This document shows positions 58,564 to 64,000 of a stretch of 64,000 nt of DNA, piece by piece. The stretch lies in NCBI GenBank assembly GCA_963920595.1, contig OY986949.1, forward strand, positions 1,364,001-1,428,000, in the 5' to 3' direction. This DNA is from Eimeria praecox. Lineage: Eukaryota. The stretch's first letter is position 1, and each line of letters begins with the position of its first letter. Under the pieces are notes generated by a model. The model was not told the DNA's origin and ran no database searches. It worked only from the letters and a program-made list of their open reading frames with translations. Both the position numbers and the translations under genes were made by a program.

Positions 58564-58876
58564 TCTATCTTTTTAAGAAAGAAGTTTATCTGGTTTGTTT
58601 GGTTTTGTCTCTGCTGTCTCTCCTATCCTAACTAACTCCAATAAAACAATAAAATAAAATAAAATAAAATATAAAATATCAATAAATAGACAAAGTCTGT
58701 CTCTTCTTCTATATCCTCAAACAAATAATATTTATATCTGTCTCTTCCCCTCTCTCCTTCTGTCTCCTTCTGTCTCCTTAAACAGCATCTAGCTCTCTGT
58801 CTCTGTCTCTGTCTCTCTATCTCTATCTTCTTTCTCTCTGTCTCTCTCCCTGTGTCTCCCTCTCTCTCTCTCTCTG

Positions 58877-58927
<51 letters not shown>

Positions 58928-59109
58928 GTCTCCTTAAACAGCAACTATCTGTCTCTCTCTGTCTCCTTACCTAACATCTACCTGTCTCTTCTGTCTCTCT
59001 TTCTGTCTCCTCCGTATATAAATTCTATCTGTCTCTTTCTGTCTCCTCAGCTAACATCTATCTGTCTCCTTTCTCTCTCTCCCTCTCTGTCCCCTTCATA
59101 TAGAGAGAC

Positions 59110-59140
<31 letters not shown>

Positions 59141-59172
59141 CAGAGTGAGAGAGGGAGAGAGAGAAACAAATA

Positions 59173-59203
<31 letters not shown>

Positions 59204-59651
59204 CAGAGAGAGACAGAGACAGAGAGAGACAGAGAGACATAGACAGAGAGGGACAGAGAGACAAATAAGAGAGAGAGACAGAGAGACAGAGACAGAGGAG
59301 ATAGGTAGAAGGAGACAGATAAATACAATATAAGGAGACAGCAACAGAGACAGAAACAGACATATTCTGTTCATAGAGACAGATAAACCCTAAACCCTAA
59401 ACCCTAAACCCTAAACCCTAAACCCTAAACAACGACAGTAGTCAAGACAGCCCAGCAAGAGCAACGCGCCCTGAGCTCTTGCCTGCAGCAGCAGCAGCTG
59501 CTGCTGCTGCAGGTTGCTGCTGCTGCTGCTGCAGCAGTCTGCTGCAGCAGCAGCTGCTGCTGCAGCTGCTGCTGCAGCTGAAGCCTCACGGCCGGCGGCT
59601 TTTGTCTCTGCTTCGCCCCCACAAACAAAAAGCAAATTACACAACAGTACC

Positions 59652-59702
<51 letters not shown>

Positions 59703-59827
59703 TTGCTGCAGCAGCAGGTGCTGCAGCAGCAGGTGCTGCATTAGGCGCAGCAGCAGCAGTACCAGCAGCTGCAGCAGCAGCTGCCAGTTCAAGCTCCAGT
59801 TCCAGTAGCAGCAGCTGCAGCCGTTGC

Positions 59828-59860
<33 letters not shown>

Positions 59861-59890
59861 TGCTGCTGCTGCAGCAGCAGCAGCAGCAGC

Positions 59891-60827
59891 TTAGTTGCTA
59901 GGACAAGCAGTGGACGGAGTAGAATTATCTGTCTGCAGCAGAGCACGCACACGTCTCGGTAGGATGCTGCCTCTGTCTTTGTTTCTTTCTCCGGTGGGGT
60001 TGTTGTTATTGCTGTTTAATTCTGCTGCTGCTGTTGCTGCTGTTGCTGCTGCTGTTGCTGCTGTTGCTGTTGTTGCAGCAGCAGCACCACCACCAGTATT
60101 GCTGCTGCTGCTAGAAACCATATCCCCTAAAGGGCCCCCAAAGTACGAAGACAACAGGGGGCCCCTATCCCTCCCCCCCACTAAGAGAGGGTGTACCCTC
60201 TCCCCCTCGTGGGGGAGGGGGCCCCCTCCCCCCATATCTAGGGGGCCCCTCCCCCCCATATCTAGGGGCCCCCTCCCCCCCATATCTAGGGGGCCCCTCC
60301 CCCCCATATCTAGGGGGCCCCTCCCCCCCATATCTAGGGGGCCCCTCCCCTCCACATCTAGGGGGCCCCCCCCAACCTCTAGGGGGCCCCCCACGTCTAG
60401 GGGCCCCCCTGTCTGATGATTTTGTAATATAACAGCAAAACCTAAAGCAGCTTCAATTAAACCATGTACAGTAAATAGGAGACAGACAGCAGCAGCAGCA
60501 GCAGCAATACCGTTAGGGAGCAACAATACAATAATACAATTAATAATAAAAACTAATAATGCATCAATAATGGTAACGAATATACCTACAAAACCAAAGA
60601 GACAGTATGCTTGCTGCTGTGAGGGTATAAGACTTTGCAGCAGCAGAGCAGCACCAGCCTTCGGTGCTGCTGCTGCAGCATAGAAGACAGCAGCAGCAAT
60701 ATATATTAATATAACTGCAGCAGAATAAGATAGAATCCCCCGCTCTCTTAATAATACAGAGATGGGTATACACCACAGACCTAATGAACCTACAAGGAGA
60801 CAGCAAAACAATATCTTATACCTGCTG

Positions 60828-60873
<46 letters not shown>

Positions 60874-61304
60874 CTGCTGCTGCTGCTGCTGAAGAAGGAG
60901 AGACCCTATCACCCCACAACCGATGCAGCAAGGAGACACACAAACAGCCCCCCGCCTTTCCTACAGCTATAAGCGAGACAGTCCAGGCATTTGCTGTTAT
61001 GATATCATCTGCTGCTGCAGCAAAGAGAGAGGGTGTATAGAGACACAAGAGAGGAAGCAAGACAGAGACAACAGAATCCTCGTAAGCTGTATCTGCTGCT
61101 AGCAGCAACACCTGTAAACCTATCCTCCTATCAGATAGAGATAAACGAAGCCCTTCTTTTATATCTCTAATCCTTTGTTTTATTTCTTCTCTAAACCCCA
61201 CACTCTGCTCGCTGTCTCCTGTATATTCTGTCTCCGATTCATCGCTATATAAACTGTCTCCTTCTGCTGCATCGCTACCCCACGTCATATAATGATGCTG
61301 CTGC

Positions 61305-61345
<41 letters not shown>

Positions 61346-62233
61346 CTGTTGATAGTACTGCGACGATCGTCCTGCTCCTGCTCCTGCTGCTGCTGCTCCT
61401 GCTGCTGCTGCTGCAGCAGCAGCAGCAGCAGGCCTCCTCCGTATGCCGCAGGAGTAGCAACACAAGGAGACAGCAGACAAGACAGCAAACACACAACTCT
61501 GAGATAATACAAGAACAACTCGAGATAGATTTTGGGGCTGCATGCAAGTAATAAAATCTAGAAAAAACAGAGGAGACACAACACCACCTGTCCCCTCATC
61601 GCTGAAGCCACCACCACCACCATCAACACCACCACTGCTGCTGCTGCTGCTGCTGCTGCTGGTGTTTGTTGGGGATAAGAACAGCAGCAACGCCGCAGCA
61701 ATGGGAACAGTTACACAAATAAAAGAAGCATCAAATGCCTGTCTGTGCATTCTCGTTAGATCGTCTCTTAATCTATCCCCCAAGGAGACAGTTAAGTAGT
61801 CCGCTATACTATCAAATCCCCCACAATCTGCATCTACTGTATTTGCAGAAGACACAACAACACCATCAATAAATATTAGAATAGAAGCAATACAACAAAA
61901 TAAAATATATTTATTCAAGTGTATATACACCACAAGCCATAATAATGGAAGCAATAAACCCCATATCAAACATCTTGCTGCTGTTGTATATATAAGTAGT
62001 TGTTTCATGGAAAAATATCTTGCTGCAGCAGCAGCAGCAGCAGCAGGAGAGAACAGCACTAAAGCTATATTAAATACAACTCTTAATAAACCTATTCCTA
62101 GGGTGGAATCAAATAAACAAACAGAAGATAAACCTAGTGAGGCCCACCATACAGCAACCTTAATAACATTGAAGAGCTGTCCTAGTAGATATCCTCTAAG
62201 CTCTCTTGCTGCTGAGGATTCTGCTGTTGCTGC

Positions 62234-62274
<41 letters not shown>

Positions 62275-62386
62275 CTTCTGCTGCTGCTGCTGAGGAGGAG
62301 GAGGAGGAGGAGGCGTTCTCATCTTCTTCGTTTGGGAGAGATAGTAATAAACTCGTGCGAACGTCAGGCAACAAGGCAGCAGAGGC

Positions 62387-62435
<49 letters not shown>

Positions 62436-62524
62436 TTGTTGTTGCTGTTGTTGTGGATGCTGCTGATGTTGTTGATGTTGCTGCTGCTGCTGCTAGATGT
62501 AGGGATAAACGTGGGGGGACAAGT

Positions 62525-62565
<41 letters not shown>

Positions 62566-62632
62566 AAGGAGAGTGCTGCAGCAGCAGCTCCTCCTTCTCC
62601 TTAGATAGACAATCTGTTTTCTTCATTGTCAT
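59891..62632 (-). CDS. Polytopic membrane protein, MFS-like transporter (913 aa, single ORF)
   Basis: ATG-initiated ORF with about 12 hydrophobic segments in two groups, separated by a hydrophilic Q-rich/acidic central loop (6+6 topology typical of MFS). Substrate not determinable. Confidence 0.7.
60215..60410 (-). repeat. Coding 24-bp repeat (GGRGPLDM) in the C-terminal tail of the MFS-like protein
   Basis: CCCCCATATCTAGGGGGCCCCTCC units. Confidence 0.85.
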
Positions 62633-62864
62633 AGAATTTCACACAACTCTGCTGTAGCTGCTGCTGCTGCTGCTGCTGTAGCTGCTGCTGCTGCTGCTGC
62701 TGTTGCTGCTGCAGCTGCTGCTGCAGCAGGTAGGAGAAGACTCGGCTTCCCTCCCCTTAAATTAATAAAGAATATGAAAAGAGAAAGAAATAGAGAAGAG
62801 AAGAGAAAGATATAAAACAATAAACTCTTGAAAGGACAGAATAACTAGCATTTCTGCCTTCTCT

Positions 62865-62895
<31 letters not shown>

Positions 62896-63248
62896 TGTTG
62901 CTGTTGTTGCTACAGCTGCAGCAGCAGCAGCAGCTGCTGCTGCTGCTGTTTCTGCTGCTGTTATGGGTTGTTAATATATGCGTTTTAAGATAAATTATGA
63001 ATTATAAACATTTAAAGACAAGAAGAATATAATTATGAACACAGAAATAAAATAAAACAGCCCTAGAAGGACCTCGACAGCTGAGGTGTATAGGCAGCTA
63101 CTCCTGTCTTTCTGTTGTTTATTTTATATTTATATTTTATTTATTTTGACGAAGCACAAAACAATAACACTAAATAAACCGAGAAGGAACAGAGAACACG
63201 CCAGATAAGACTGCTGCTGCTGCTGCTGCAGCAGCAGCTGCTGCTGCT

Positions 63249-63295
<47 letters not shown>

Positions 63296-63441
63296 GTGGC
63301 TGGCTGCCGTCACGACGATCGTTTCAGGTGTATGTACACCTCACTAGTATAAGAAAGTGTTTTTATTTATATTATATTTAATTTTATATTTTTTATATTT
63401 CTTAACACCATTTAAACACGTCATACACAATCTGCCTCAGC

Positions 63442-63517
<76 letters not shown>

Positions 63518-64000
63518 CTCCGTCTCTTTAGGGTTTATCTAGAGGATAATTGCTGTTGTTAGTTAGTTTGTCTTGTTTGTTTATTATATTATTGTTTGTT
63601 TGTTTTCTTCTTCTTTGTATTTATTTGATTCTAAGGTTTGTTATTTGTGCTGCTGTTTCTGCTGTATATACACTTGAAGGGACACACAGACAGACAGACA
63701 GCAGCAGCAGCAGCAGTAGCAGCAGCAGCTGCTGCTGCTGCTGCTGTCTCCGCAGCAACTGTCTCCTTTTCTGCTGCTCAGCTGTCTCTATACACTGCAT
63801 ACAGCAGCTGTCTAGGGTTCTTCTGCTGCAGCAGCAACTGCTGCTGCTGCTGCTGCTGCCGCTGCTGCTGCTGCAGCAGCAGCCAAAAGAGAGACAGTTG
63901 CAGCAGCAGCAGTCTGACAGAAGCAGCATCAGTAGAAGCCGCAACAGCAGCAGCAGCAGAGGAGGATATAACAACAGCAGCAACAGCAGCAGCAGCAGCA

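Noticed and set aside
57469..59890. Additional gene between the MutS and MFS-like genes
   Set aside because: Only CAG, TA and CT low-complexity sequence, with no recognisable domain or consistent exon chain. A small gene cannot be fully excluded.
63621..64000. Possible gene fragment at the window end
   Set aside because: Low-complexity CAG sequence truncated by the window, with no supporting motif.

Overview
Eukaryotic, intron-rich DNA from a coccidian apicomplexan, most likely Eimeria. The basis is pervasive CAG/CTG repeats encoding homopolymeric amino-acid runs, intronic telomere-like (AAACCCT)n arrays and TGCATGCA octamers. Most entries in the ORF track are repeat artefacts. Manual exon joining supports six genes: (1) class II DAHP synthase (-, 533-9278); (2) an ER protein disulfide-isomerase-like protein with CYWS and CGHC sites and C-terminal LEEL (+, 13432-25610); (3) aspartate aminotransferase (+, 30004-34349); (4) a single-ORF, 1686-aa repetitive, probably membrane-anchored hypothetical protein (-, 37470-42530); (5) a highly fragmented, divergent MutS homolog most like MSH5, invisible in the ORF track (-, 46058 to about 56706, roughly 35-40 exons); (6) a 913-aa MFS-like polytopic membrane protein (-, 59891-62632). 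The most unusual signals concern splicing. Two PDI introns carry tandem copies of the 3' splice site plus exon start, one set including the CGHC catalytic motif. The MutS gene has micro-exons, four GC-AG introns and telomeric arrays that abut donors or form inverted pairs. Other notable structures are perfect palindromes behind the DAHP synthase stop, an inverted minisatellite in a divergent intergenic region, and a GGAGACA core shared by nearly all minisatellites. No tRNA, rRNA, CRISPR array or autonomous transposon was recognised. Exon coordinates were read by eye and need RNA-seq confirmation.
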